A DNA stretch of 64,000 nt, from IMG/VR virus record IMGVR_UViG_3300047561_000814, positions 32,001-96,000 of that record; one strand, 5' to 3'. A program made the position numbers and the translations under genes. Each line of letters begins with the position of its first letter. The first letter of the stretch is position 1. The notes beneath the pieces are model-generated. The model was not told the DNA's origin. It saw only the letters and a program-made list of their open reading frames with translations, and did no database searches. The DNA comes from a virus. Lineage: Duplodnaviria; Caudoviricetes. Shown one piece after another: positions 19,325 to 29,026 of this stretch.

Positions 19325-21994
19325 TTGACTAGCCTCAAGCGTAAAATATTATTGGCTTTGGGGATAGGGTTATGCTTAACAATTTTTGGTATTATGGCGC
19401 CTAATGAAGCCTATGCTACGGATAATCAAGAACAGGTAGTAGTTAGCCCTGCCCAACAGGCAGTCAATACAGCCCTTGCAACGGCTACTACAGAGGTTCA
19501 ACAGGCTATTTCAGCCACAGACACAGCCACCGCCACCGTTGCAGTAGCAGTAGTTCAAAATGTAGAGGCGCAGTCAGCGGTAGATACAATAACAGCCACG
19601 GTAGCAATAGCACAATCAAATATAACCTTAGTAGACACAGCCACTGCCACAATTAATGCTATAGATTTATCTCTTACGCCAATAGATCAAAGTTCTCAAA
19701 TAGTTCAAGATGCAAAAAATACAATTACAACAGCACAAACCTCCATAAATAATATTGATACATCAACTGCACAAGTACAAATATCTGAAGCCATTGCAGC
19801 AAAAACAACAGCAACAACGGCACAAACCACTGCACAAACCGAATTAACTCAAGCCAACATTGCAATTAACAACGCTCAAGATGCAGTAAATGCTTTGGTA
19901 GCCACAATTGGAACAACAACAAATGTTTTAGCAAATACAGATGATGCTGGTATTCGCATGAACCTTCCATTTAATTTACAAATGGGCGGAGTAACATATT
20001 CAAATATTTATGTTGGATCTAATGGAACAATTATGTTTGGAGTAAATCAAGGGACAAACTACTCTTCTACACCTACCGCTCCTTCTATTTCTGTAGCGGG
20101 ATACGACTGGACTACATGGAGTAATGGTTCTGGTATTACTTATTCAACAACAACAAATACGCTATCTATTGCATGGGACGTTAGAGTATTCCCGTTAACA
20201 ACGGCAGAAACACAGATGACTCAGATTCGTTTTAATGCAGACGTAAATCCTACAGATGGTGCTTGGGCAGCAGATATTAATGTTACTGGACCAATACCAA
20301 ACGGCACAAGGTTTAACGTAAGAGAAACTACTAATGGAACAGTAACTGCCACTCTTGATACAAATCCTGGCGCTGGATATAACGCAACAATTAGTCAAGG
20401 CGCTGCATTTACTCCCACTCCTGATCCAAATAATGCAACTGTTTTGGCGGCAATTGATACAGCAAATGCACAAATTGCTACATTAAACTCAGAAATTACT
20501 GCAGTTGTTGCTCAAAATACTACAAACACATCAGCAATAAATGCTATTAATACAACATCTTTAACCAATACCGTAAACTCAGCGATATCAACAAAAACAT
20601 CTCTTCAATCAACATTAAATACTAAATCAAGTCAACTAGTTACTGCAATTAATAATAATATTCCTACACCAGCCCCTATCATTACAATCCCAGCACCTGG
20701 TCCATTAATGTATGTTGAAGTAGACATGCCAACAGGGTATGAAGGAAACACATGGTTTTATCAAGTTACTACTCAAAATCCAACTGCTGCAAACCCATAT
20801 GCTGGTGGAACATACAATACAGATGGCGCTCCTGCATCAATTGAGTTAAGTGGTTTGACACAAGGCGCTACCTATACTATTAGAGTTGCTAACTGGTCTG
20901 GACCTGTAAGTGAATATACTGAGACTGTTATTTCTATACCCGCTACTCAAGGCGCAAATTTAAATGGTGGTGGAGCAATTCAACCGCCACCTGCTCCAGA
21001 GCCTCCTGTTGAGCAACCATCTGATCCAGCACCTATACCAGTGCCACCTGCAGAAGAACCTCCTATTGTAATTGAAGAACCCCCTATTATAATTGAAGAG
21101 CCACCCGTTGTAGTTGAAGAACCCCCTATTGTAATTGAAGAGCCACCTGTTGTAGAACCTGAACCTCCTGTTATTGAAGAATTACCACCATTAACTGTTG
21201 AAGAAATTATCTCAGTTGTAGAAGATCTGGTTGCTGACGGTAATTTAACAGCAGCAGATGCAGAAGCAGTGCTAGATGCTTTAATGTCTGATGGAGAAAT
21301 AACATCTTCAGAAATTAGTGCACTGACTGATAATTTAATATCAGATGGAACCTTAAGTGCAAATGAATCAGCACTAATTATAGATGCTTTAAATTCTGAC
21401 GGGGTAGTTACAAACTCAGAGGTCACATCATTAGTTGAAGCACTTGTATCTGAAGGCGGATTATCTACAAATGAAACAAAATTAATTGTAGATGCATTAT
21501 CTGCAGATGGAAATATCACTACGTCAGAAGTAAATAATCTATCTGATGCTTTAACTAAAGATGGTTCATTTACATTAGCAGAAAAAGATTTAGTTTCACA
21601 AGTATTGATTACAGCAGCAGATGGAGCACCAGTAACTGCTGCCAACATAGAATCGGCGGGACTTGAATATCAGGATCTTCCTCCTACAATACCAGTAGAG
21701 GTAAGAGAAGACGTTAATGGTAATCCTGTAGTTATTACTGCAGAGGTGGCATCAGCATTGCTTGTATTGGAAAGTCCAGCAGCATTATTAGATGCAGTTG
21801 CTACTTGTTTTAATCCAGATGAAGCAATTGAAGGTTTGACAGAAGAGCAAAAATGTGAATTGGGCAAAGCCTTACTTAGCATAGGTGCTGATATGTCTAT
21901 ACCAGAACGTGAAAAAGCAAAAGATATTGTAGTTGTAACAATCATTGCTGGTCAAATGATAGTTGGAACTGCATCAAGAAGAAGGAGAGCATAA
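19325..21994 (+). CDS. large exported, membrane-anchored repeat protein (coiled coil, FN3-like domain, Pro/Glu linker, acidic repeats)
   Basis: Signal peptide; LSGLTQGATYTIRV FN3 signature; EEPP repeats; C-terminal hydrophobic segment + RRRR. Confidence 0.7.
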   Translation: MTSLKRKILLALGIGLCLTIFGIMAPNEAYATDNQEQVVVSPAQQAVNTALATATTEVQQAISATDTATATVAVAVVQNVEAQSAVDTITATVAIAQSNITLVDTATATINAIDLSLTPIDQSSQIVQDAKNTITTAQTSINNIDTSTAQVQISEAIAAKTTATTAQTTAQTELTQANIAINNAQDAVNALVATIGTTTNVLANTDDAGIRMNLPFNLQMGGVTYSNIYVGSNGTIMFGVNQGTNYSSTPTAPSISVAGYDWTTWSNGSGITYSTTTNTLSIAWDVRVFPLTTAETQMTQIRFNADVNPTDGAWAADINVTGPIPNGTRFNVRETTNGTVTATLDTNPGAGYNATISQGAAFTPTPDPNNATVLAAIDTANAQIATLNSEITAVVAQNTTNTSAINAINTTSLTNTVNSAISTKTSLQSTLNTKSSQLVTAINNNIPTPAPIITIPAPGPLMYVEVDMPTGYEGNTWFYQVTTQNPTAANPYAGGTYNTDGAPASIELSGLTQGATYTIRVANWSGPVSEYTETVISIPATQGANLNGGGAIQPPPAPEPPVEQPSDPAPIPVPPAEEPPIVIEEPPIIIEEPPVVVEEPPIVIEEPPVVEPEPPVIEELPPLTVEEIISVVEDLVADGNLTAADAEAVLDALMSDGEITSSEISALTDNLISDGTLSANESALIIDALNSDGVVTNSEVTSLVEALVSEGGLSTNETKLIVDALSADGNITTSEVNNLSDALTKDGSFTLAEKDLVSQVLITAADGAPVTAANIESAGLEYQDLPPTIPVEVREDVNGNPVVITAEVASALLVLESPAALLDAVATCFNPDEAIEGLTEEQKCELGKALLSIGADMSIPEREKAKDIVVVTIIAGQMIVGTASRRRRA

Positions 21995-21995
21995 A

Positions 21996-22169
21996 ATGAA
22001 AAAGTTCAAAGAATGGGGTATGGCAGCCCTAAACGAAAACTTTACATTCCTTGGCTTCTTTGTAGCATGGGTGGTTTTAGAGGGTAGCGCAAAGACGGTG
22101 GTAGGGTACGTAACCCTGGCATCAATAGCCGTATGGTTTGCAACCATAGGAATTCGTAAAGAAGACTAA
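21996..22169 (+). CDS. small two-TM membrane protein
   Basis: GGAG RBS, two hydrophobic segments. Confidence 0.6.
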   Translation: MKKFKEWGMAALNENFTFLGFFVAWVVLEGSAKTVVGYVTLASIAVWFATIGIRKED

Positions 22170-22222
22170 TACTATTTAATAATACTATAAGTTATTATTT
22201 TAATGTATAGTATACTATTAGT

Positions 22223-22423
22223 ATGAAGAAATTAACATCAGCCATTGGTTGCTGTATACTTGTATTGATGCTATCAGGATGTGGCATTGAACTAGGTCAT
22301 TATCGTTACCCTTGTCAAAATCCTGATAACTGGAACGCTAAAGATTGCATACCTCCAATTTGTGAAGCAAAAGGTGTATGTACAAAAGATATTATTAAGG
22401 TAGAGGACACAAAAAATGCGTAA
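22223..22423 (+). CDS. small Cys-rich putative lipoprotein
   Basis: LSGC lipobox; leaderless start after TATACT. Confidence 0.55.
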   Translation: MKKLTSAIGCCILVLMLSGCGIELGHYRYPCQNPDNWNAKDCIPPICEAKGVCTKDIIKVEDTKNA

Positions 22424-22820
22424 TCGTAGAACACAGTCAGAGATGGACTCTTTATTAAAGTTTATTTTAGGATTAACCCTTGGAGCAATTTTATTTTTTA
22501 CATCAATGGGAATTCTGTATGGTTTGCTTTTTGTTGAGCAACCACTAAATGCCCAATCAGAAAACGATAAAATGTTTTTTAACGTTCTTGGTAGCGTAGC
22601 AACTTTTATTACAGGAACACTTGCTGGTCTTCTTATTGGATCATCTGGCGCTAAAGATATTATGTCTGCACAGATTGCAAATAAAGAAGTTGATGCCAAA
22701 AATACAATGGCAGATAAAAAATTAGAATCAGAGATTGACGCAACAGCAGCACGTCTAGCAGCAAAGCCAGACGGGGCAATGCCAGAAGAACAACCAGTTG
22801 ATACGGATTGGAATAAGTGA
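22416..22820 (+). CDS. two-TM membrane protein (holin-like)
   Basis: Two TM helices, upstream of the endolysin. Confidence 0.5.
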   Translation: MRNRRTQSEMDSLLKFILGLTLGAILFFTSMGILYGLLFVEQPLNAQSENDKMFFNVLGSVATFITGTLAGLLIGSSGAKDIMSAQIANKEVDAKNTMADKKLESEIDATAARLAAKPDGAMPEEQPVDTDWNK

Positions 22821-23026
22821 TGTCAAAAGATTCTACAAAAAAGACTTTACTAAAAACATTAAGTTGGGAAACTTTTCACTTAGTGGGCGTCGCTGGTATT
22901 ATTTATTTATTTACTCGTGAATGGGAATACGCAAGTCTTGGAGCCCTAATCTATATTGGTTGGGAAGCATTAGGCTACTTTATTCATGAAAGAATTTGGG
23001 CAAAATTTGGGAATAAGGTAAGGTGA
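22817..23026 (+). CDS. DUF2061-like membrane protein
   Basis: KTLSW...Y.IHERIW. Confidence 0.7.
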   Translation: MMSKDSTKKTLLKTLSWETFHLVGVAGIIYLFTREWEYASLGALIYIGWEALGYFIHERIWAKFGNKVR

Positions 23027-23604
23027 TGGCGGAGCAAGGTACAGCAGCACGTTTAATTGAAGTTGCTACAGCAGAGATTGGGACTATTGAAGGTCCAAAA
23101 GATAATGAAACAAAGTACGGCGCTTACACAAAGGCTAACTTTCAACCATGGTGCGGATCATTTGTTAATTGGTGCGGTAACGAGGCTGGCGTAAAAATTC
23201 CTAACACTGTTTATACTCCAGCAGGGGTAACAGCATTTAAAAAAGCCAACTCATGGATTGATGGAGACATAGCAGATCCAGAATCAGGGGATATAGCCTA
23301 TTTTGATTTCCCCTCAGATGGCGTTGATAGGGTGAGTCACGTAGGCATTGTTGTTAAAGATAATGAAGACGGAACTGTTTGGTGTATTGAAGGAAATACT
23401 TCTTCAAAGAAGTCTGGAAGTCAACGAAATGGCGGAGAGGTTTGCAAACAGTTACGTGCTTATAAAAAAAACAAGGCTGGAGTTTTAATCTCAATAGTTG
23501 GGTTTGGTCGTCCAAAATTTGGAGCATCTACACCTACTACAACTGCTAAAAAATCTCAAAATAAAACAAAAACATGCTCAGCATGCGGTCAAAATATTAA
23601 ATAA
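23023..23604 (+). CDS. CHAP-domain endolysin
   Basis: PWCGSFVNW, HVGIV, IEGNT. Confidence 0.85.
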   Translation: MMAEQGTAARLIEVATAEIGTIEGPKDNETKYGAYTKANFQPWCGSFVNWCGNEAGVKIPNTVYTPAGVTAFKKANSWIDGDIADPESGDIAYFDFPSDGVDRVSHVGIVVKDNEDGTVWCIEGNTSSKKSGSQRNGGEVCKQLRAYKKNKAGVLISIVGFGRPKFGASTPTTTAKKSQNKTKTCSACGQNIK

Positions 23605-23666
23605 AGGTGTTTGACTAAGCAAAAATGCTTTGATATACTTAAGGTTATAGTCTGAGGGGGAATTGT

Positions 23667-24197
23667 ATGACCGTACTGGCTGTTGTGCGTGATCAACTAA
23701 CTAATAAAATTTATATGGCTGGTGATCGGGGGGCTTCAGATGATAATACTATCTTGGCTCTAACTTCTCCAAAAGTTTGGAAACTTGGTCCATACCTAAT
23801 TGGATATGCTGGAGCATTAGACGGTGAACGTATTCGTTATAATTTTAATCCATATGTTCCAGACATTAAAGACACAGACAAGTTTATGCAAACTAAGTTT
23901 ATTAAACAACTTAGAGATTTTTATAATAACTGGTGGGTAGATACTAGCAAAGAAGGTGACCTAGGTCTTATTATTTGTATTAAAGGACAAATATATGAAC
24001 ACAATGCTATTGATATGTCCTTGTCTAAATACAATTTGGATTATTTGGCTATGGGATCTGGTGCTGAGTACGCCTATGGATATTTAAATGCTACAGAAAA
24101 ATCTAAAGATGCTCGTAAAAGAGTTATTGGAGCAGTAAATTCAGCAATAAAATTTAGTCCAACCTGCTTGGGTCCAGTTGACGTAGTAAGCATTTAG
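23667..24197 (+). CDS. Ntn-hydrolase (HslV/proteasome-beta-like peptidase)
   Basis: N-terminal Thr2, AGD, PKV, AMGSG. Confidence 0.75.
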   Translation: MTVLAVVRDQLTNKIYMAGDRGASDDNTILALTSPKVWKLGPYLIGYAGALDGERIRYNFNPYVPDIKDTDKFMQTKFIKQLRDFYNNWWVDTSKEGDLGLIICIKGQIYEHNAIDMSLSKYNLDYLAMGSGAEYAYGYLNATEKSKDARKRVIGAVNSAIKFSPTCLGPVDVVSI

Positions 24198-24212
24198 CGC
24201 TATACTTAATAT

Positions 24213-24419
24213 ATGAATCATAAGTATAAAGAAGATTTATCTTTAGAAGACAAAAAGTTTGGCGTTTGGCTTGAAAAAGGAATTGAAAAAGGTTGGGTAA
24301 CACCGCCTTATTGCAATACCCATGATGGTGGATACGAATATATGGGTGAAGAAGAACAAGAAGAATGGGAAGCAGGTGGCGACCCATGTTGTCATGTCAT
24401 CAGATTGATGATATCTTAA
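24213..24419 (+). CDS. hypothetical protein
   Basis: C.THDG...GGDPCCH; leaderless start. Confidence 0.6.
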   Translation: MNHKYKEDLSLEDKKFGVWLEKGIEKGWVTPPYCNTHDGGYEYMGEEEQEEWEAGGDPCCHVIRLMIS

Positions 24420-24435
24420 ATAGATTAGGAAGAAT

Positions 24436-25104
24436 ATGAAAACAAAAAATAAAGTTTTTACTGCAATTTTAAGCGTAGTTGCATCATCATTTTTATTTAT
24501 TGCCGTTCCAGAGGCAGCAACTGCTGCACCGTGTTCGGCATCCGATCCTTGTCAAACTTATGCAATGGTAGATAATACAAATAACGTTATAAATGTTATT
24601 GTTTGTCAGCCATCAGTTTGTGGTAGTGGAACTTTTGCTGGTTATCGTGTTGTTTTACAAATTGCTGCTAATCCACAAACAAATGATCCAACTGGAACAA
24701 GTGGTCAGATGACAAAACCAGAAGAAAATAGAGTTGTTACGTTGTCAGATAATAATACTTTTACTGTAAAACAGAATGAAGTTGTTATTCAGACTATTGC
24801 AGTTCCAGAAGTTCAAACTCAAAATACAAATAATACAACAACAACAACAACAACATCTATGCAGGCACAGTTTATTGATACAAGTACTGGATCTGTAAAA
24901 ATTGACGCAACTCAAACTACTGATTCTACTACAGTAACTTCTAATTCTACAGTAAATAGTACAAACACTATTAAAGAAACTGTTATTTTTCAAGAAAGAA
25001 AAACTGCAGCACAAGTATCTTCTGTGCTTGAACAACAAAAACTTACTTTATTCCAATCAAGAATGAATAAGTTATTAATACTTTTAAGCGGTTGGCTTAT
25101 TTAG
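24436..25104 (+). CDS. exported Thr-rich protein
   Basis: Signal peptide, Cys pairs, poly-Thr. Confidence 0.6.
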   Translation: MKTKNKVFTAILSVVASSFLFIAVPEAATAAPCSASDPCQTYAMVDNTNNVINVIVCQPSVCGSGTFAGYRVVLQIAANPQTNDPTGTSGQMTKPEENRVVTLSDNNTFTVKQNEVVIQTIAVPEVQTQNTNNTTTTTTTSMQAQFIDTSTGSVKIDATQTTDSTTVTSNSTVNSTNTIKETVIFQERKTAAQVSSVLEQQKLTLFQSRMNKLLILLSGWLI

Positions 25105-25120
25105 TTTAATCCTTAATGTT

Positions 25121-25194
25121 GCGGATATTGCATAGTGGTAGTGCGTAACCTTGCCAAGGTTAATGTGCGGGTCCGATTCCCGCTATCCGCTCCA
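25121..25194 (+). tRNA. tRNA-Gly(GCC)
   Basis: GCGGATA/TATCCGC acceptor, anticodon loop TTGCCAA, encoded CCA. Confidence 0.92.
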
Positions 25195-25195
25195 A

Positions 25196-25267
25196 GGCCC
25201 TATCTTCTAGTGGTCAGGATACCAGGCTTTCATCTTGGTGAGCAGAGTTCAATTCTCTGTAGGGCTA
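25196..25267 (+). tRNA. tRNA-Glu(TTC)
   Basis: GGCCCTA/TAGGGCT acceptor, CCAGG-CTTTCAT-CTTGG, GTTCAAT T-loop. Confidence 0.9.
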
Positions 25268-25341
25268 CAAAATTCTGATATAATAATATTGTATCTGCCA
25301 AATGGGGATACATTAACTTATTCGCTTGAAAGGGGAATAAA

Positions 25342-25758
25342 ATGGTAACACAGTTTGCAATGGATCTATTCAATGATCCTTTTTTTATTGGCTTTAATAG
25401 AGAGTTAGGCCGTTTAAATACAGCACATAAAGTAAATTCACAGTCATATCCTCCATATGATCTTCTTAAATTAGATGAAGACACCTATATACTATCTCTT
25501 GCTATTGCAGGATTTACAAAAGAATATATTGACGTATCGGTAGACAATGGAACCCTTGTAATTAAAGGAGAAATTGTAGAAGTTACAGATGCTGAAGTTG
25601 TTCACAAGGGAATCGCTGGTCGTAAGTTTGTACGATCTTTTGCTCTTGGCGAATACATGGAAGTATCTAGTGCTGAACTAAAAGATGGACTGCTAACAAT
25701 TAATATTGTTCGTGTTATTCCTGAAGATAAAAAACCTAAAGTAATTAAAATAAAATAA
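25342..25758 (+). CDS. small heat-shock protein (Hsp20/IbpA family)
   Basis: YPPYD, LAIAGF, HKGIA.R.F.R.F.L, DGLL. Confidence 0.95.
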   Translation: MVTQFAMDLFNDPFFIGFNRELGRLNTAHKVNSQSYPPYDLLKLDEDTYILSLAIAGFTKEYIDVSVDNGTLVIKGEIVEVTDAEVVHKGIAGRKFVRSFALGEYMEVSSAELKDGLLTINIVRVIPEDKKPKVIKIK

Positions 25759-25763
25759 AAATA

Positions 25764-25792
25764 ACAACCTGGGCATGTTGCAAAACTGCCTA
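25764..25792 (+). ncRNA. repeated H-type pseudoknot element, copy 1
   Basis: CAAC-CT-GGGCA-T-GTTG-CAAAAC-TGCCT just after the Hsp20 stop. Confidence 0.65.
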
Positions 25793-25829
25793 TTTTTTGA
25801 TATACTTAGATATAACCATAGGAGATTTA

Positions 25830-26003
25830 ATGCCAAGAGATGACTACAGATGTTCTATTTGTTCTTCACAAATTGAATTTGAAAGATCAATTGGTGATGA
25901 CAAATATCCAATATGCTGTAATGAATCTATGCAAAAAGTATGGAGTTCACCTGCTGCAATTTTTCGGGGTAATGGATTTTACTCAACTGACAACAGAAAG
26001 TAG
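25830..26003 (+). CDS. FmdB-family zinc-ribbon protein
   Basis: YRCSIC...CC...FRGNGFYSTD. Confidence 0.85.
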   Translation: MPRDDYRCSICSSQIEFERSIGDDKYPICCNESMQKVWSSPAAIFRGNGFYSTDNRK

Positions 26004-26018
26004 ATGTATAATATGAGT

Positions 26019-26276
26019 ATGACTAATATTGTTGAAGATCATCCAAGCGTAGTTTCAAAAAAGTATATACTAAATGCCAGTGATCGTTGCGATAAATGTA
26101 CTGCTCAAGCCTTAATTAAGGTTAAGGGCTTGTCGGGAGAGTTAACATTTTGCAGTCATCATTATGAAAAAATAATGAATAGTTCTGAATCACATAATAA
26201 AATGATGGCTTTTTTAGTAGAAATTCTTGATGAGCGTGAAAAACTTATTAAAGACAAACCAGTGGGAGGCATATAA
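26019..26276 (+). CDS. small actinobacterial-type Zn-binding protein
   Basis: DRCDKC.AQA...L.FC.HH; leaderless start. Confidence 0.65.
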   Translation: MTNIVEDHPSVVSKKYILNASDRCDKCTAQALIKVKGLSGELTFCSHHYEKIMNSSESHNKMMAFLVEILDEREKLIKDKPVGGI

Positions 26277-26842
26277 TGTTATACAATAAAGAAATTTTAG
26301 ATTTTAGATTTTCTTACATTAAAAACTATAATATTGAAAAAATAAAAAAAATTGTTAAAAATCTTGAAAATGAATGGTTAGTTGATCATTCTAGGCAAGA
26401 TATGTTTTATGTACATAGATATACAAACTCATACATTATAAATAAAGTTTCGCTTGACTGGAAACAAGGAGAGCCATTGCAGTCAATAAATAAATTAGAA
26501 TCAACAGAACTTTCAGAACTTGCATTAGAAATTGCTTGTGATTTAGAAAAACAAATTGATGGAAAAATGGGTCAAGTTTTATTTACAAAACTTCCTGCAA
26601 AAAAAATTATTGATCCTCACGAAGACCATGGAGATTATTTACACTGTGTTGCACGTCATCACATTCCAATTATTACAAATTTAGGGGTAAGGTTTATTAT
26701 AGATGGAGAAGGCCGACATGTTCCAGAGGGTGAGTGCTGGGAAATAAATAATAACAAAACACATGCAGTTGAAAATAATGGAGAAGAGGACCGAATTCAT
26801 CTTTTAATTGACATAATACCAAATAAATATTTAACAGTATAA
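26276..26842 (+). CDS. aspartyl/asparaginyl beta-hydroxylase-like 2OG-Fe(II) oxygenase
   Basis: I.PHED, RHHIPI, THAVEN..DRIHL. Confidence 0.85.
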   Translation: MLYNKEILDFRFSYIKNYNIEKIKKIVKNLENEWLVDHSRQDMFYVHRYTNSYIINKVSLDWKQGEPLQSINKLESTELSELALEIACDLEKQIDGKMGQVLFTKLPAKKIIDPHEDHGDYLHCVARHHIPIITNLGVRFIIDGEGRHVPEGECWEINNNKTHAVENNGEEDRIHLLIDIIPNKYLTV

Positions 26843-26866
26843 ATAATTAAAAAGAAATGGAGAAAA

Positions 26867-27274
26867 ATGTACGAATACTTTGTTAGAGAAGTAAAAAATG
26901 TTGTTGATGGAGACACCATTGACGTAGTTATTGATTTAGGGTTTGATATTTTATTTGAATCCCGTGTTCGTTTGGCTGGTATTGATACGCCAGAGTCACG
27001 GACAACAGATAAGGCTGAAAAGGCTCTTGGTCTTGAGGCTAAGGAATATTTAAAAAAACAACTTAAGGATGCTAAGTCAGTTGTCATTCGTACAGAAAAA
27101 ATGGATTCATCAGAAAAGTATGGTCGTATTCTTGGTTGGGTTTATGTTAATGGGGAATCAGATTCCGTAAACAATAAAATGATTAAAGATGGTTATGCTT
27201 GGGGATATCTTGGTGATACAAAAATTAAAGATTTTGAAATTCTTAAAAAGGCTAGATCAAAGTCTGGTAAATGA
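26867..27274 (+). CDS. thermonuclease (SNase) family
   Basis: VVDGDT, RLAGIDTPE, KYGRILG. Confidence 0.93.
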   Translation: MYEYFVREVKNVVDGDTIDVVIDLGFDILFESRVRLAGIDTPESRTTDKAEKALGLEAKEYLKKQLKDAKSVVIRTEKMDSSEKYGRILGWVYVNGESDSVNNKMIKDGYAWGYLGDTKIKDFEILKKARSKSGK

Positions 27275-27543
27275 AAAACGTTTTTTATTTTACAGCAGAC
27301 TGGTGTAGTCCTTGTAAAAAAACAAGACCAGTTGTTGAGGAATTAAAAAAAGAAGGTTTTCAATTTCAAATGATAGATGTTGATTACGAACAACTTTTGG
27401 CTAAACAGTTTCAGGTTAAATCAATTCCTACATTTATTTTATTAGAAGACGGCAAAGAACTTGATCGTGTAACTGGGGCACAAACAAGGGCAGAGTTGGA
27501 GAACTTTATTAATTATGAAAAAATTATTCAAGAGAATATTTAA
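27271..27543 (+). CDS. thioredoxin
   Basis: WCSPC, SIPT. Confidence 0.92.
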   Translation: MKNVFYFTADWCSPCKKTRPVVEELKKEGFQFQMIDVDYEQLLAKQFQVKSIPTFILLEDGKELDRVTGAQTRAELENFINYEKIIQENI

Positions 27544-27892
27544 TCCAGATGGGAAAAGCATGAGTTCAGATGAAAATGAAATGATTGAAAAGTTGATCCT
27601 TGAGGGTGGACTAGAGGTTGCGGGTATTGATTCTGAAAACGGATCATTCCTATATTCATTTACACCTAAAATTAAAGAACTAATGCCAGAACTTTATAAT
27701 GATCATCTTAATAGAGTCAATGCTGAGATACTTTCTTTATGGGAAAGAGCCTACGTAGACATAGATTTTTTGGCAAAAGAGCCAGTGGTAACTCTTACAG
27801 ATAAGTCTTTTGATCCAGTAGAAATGTCAAAACTACGCAAGCAAGACGTTTGGGCTATAGAAGAACTTAAACGCCTTACTCGTAAAAAATAA
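27515..27892 (+). CDS. hypothetical protein
   Basis: 125-aa ORF. Confidence 0.55.
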   Translation: MKKLFKRIFNPDGKSMSSDENEMIEKLILEGGLEVAGIDSENGSFLYSFTPKIKELMPELYNDHLNRVNAEILSLWERAYVDIDFLAKEPVVTLTDKSFDPVEMSKLRKQDVWAIEELKRLTRKK

Positions 27893-27910
27893 GTCTGATA
27901 TAATAAAAGC

Positions 27911-28678
27911 ATGAGTCATGTTGTAGAAGGCGATTTCGTAATGTTTGTTCATGAAGATGATGGAATTATGGCTGGTCGTGTTGAATATGTTATGACTAAT
28001 CCTGGCTTACTTGGTATTCCTGGCTCTGAATACTCAATGGAATATGCTGAAGATGATAAACCAGTCATTGTTCGTGCTTATAAAGAAGAAGATGGCGCAT
28101 GGGAAGAACAGCCATACGTTTTCTATCATCGCATGTCAGAAGTTGTGAAGATTGAATCACTATCTGTATCTGTTGATATGGTAATGGAAATTGGATCAAG
28201 TGGAACTGGAATTCCAACAATGCCATCGCAATCCGATATGGAAAACATGTATGCTGTTCAAATAGGAAAATCTTATAACTCAGATAATCAAGATGAAGAT
28301 AAATGGGATAACATGGAAAAAAAGTGCTGGGTTGGATATGAACAACGTGGCATGAAAGACAAGGGTGGACGAATGGTTCCTAATTGCGTTCCTGTTGGCA
28401 AATTAAATGAAATGGATGACAACATGGGAAAAGCAAAACCAAAATATGAAGACTTTATTAAACCAAGAAGTGGTGGAACTGAGCCATCTAATCCAAAACT
28501 TTATGCAACAGTTGTTCAAGCAGCAAAAGATAAGTTTGACGTTTATCCATCTGCAGTAGCAAATTCCTGGGTAGTGCAAGAATATAAGCGTCGTGGTGGC
28601 ACATACAAATCAGAATCAAAATCTACAACCAAAAGTATTTGGGGTGGAGCATTTGATCCTTTGACATTGGAAAAATAA
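27911..28678 (+). CDS. hypothetical multidomain protein
   Basis: CW.GY...VPNCVP and QEYKRRGG motifs; leaderless start. Confidence 0.6.
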   Translation: MSHVVEGDFVMFVHEDDGIMAGRVEYVMTNPGLLGIPGSEYSMEYAEDDKPVIVRAYKEEDGAWEEQPYVFYHRMSEVVKIESLSVSVDMVMEIGSSGTGIPTMPSQSDMENMYAVQIGKSYNSDNQDEDKWDNMEKKCWVGYEQRGMKDKGGRMVPNCVPVGKLNEMDDNMGKAKPKYEDFIKPRSGGTEPSNPKLYATVVQAAKDKFDVYPSAVANSWVVQEYKRRGGTYKSESKSTTKSIWGGAFDPLTLEK

Positions 28679-28836
28679 TGTCTAAAAAATCTTCAGGATC
28701 TTATTTTAAAAATTACGGGTTTAATCCAATACAAATTAAAGACGGCAGAATTGTTCGTTTAAGAAAAGATGGTAGTGTTAAAGCGGACTTAGGTCCATAT
28801 CCAAAAACAAAGATAGGGGTAACTCATGGCAAATAA
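28678..28836 (+). CDS. small basic protein (not in ORF track)
   Basis: MSKKSSGSYFK...GVTHGK, coupled to the upstream stop. Confidence 0.5.
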   Translation: MSKKSSGSYFKNYGFNPIQIKDGRIVRLRKDGSVKADLGPYPKTKIGVTHGK

Positions 28837-28930
28837 AGAACAAAAAGGTAATGCTAATAAAAAGAAAGAGCCAAAGATGACTCTTAAAGAAAAACGTGCT
28901 GTTAAGCAAGAAAAAAAGAAATCAAAATGA
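28826..28930 (+). CDS. 34-aa Lys-rich peptide (not in ORF track)
   Basis: GGGG RBS; MANKEQKG...TLKEKRAVKQEKKKSK. Confidence 0.5.
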   Translation: MANKEQKGNANKKKEPKMTLKEKRAVKQEKKKSK

Positions 28931-29026
28931 ATACATTTTATTTCTTGCATTCTTTAGTAATAGGTTTGTTAATGATTGGATCATTTTTTTGGGGTAAGTC
29001 TTATGAAACAAATAGGGTAAAGAAAA

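Noticed and set aside
25230-25484. Short ORFs overlapping tRNAs (25230-25484, 41047-41229, 41240-41551)
   Set aside because: They overlap well-formed tRNA genes or are antisense to real genes
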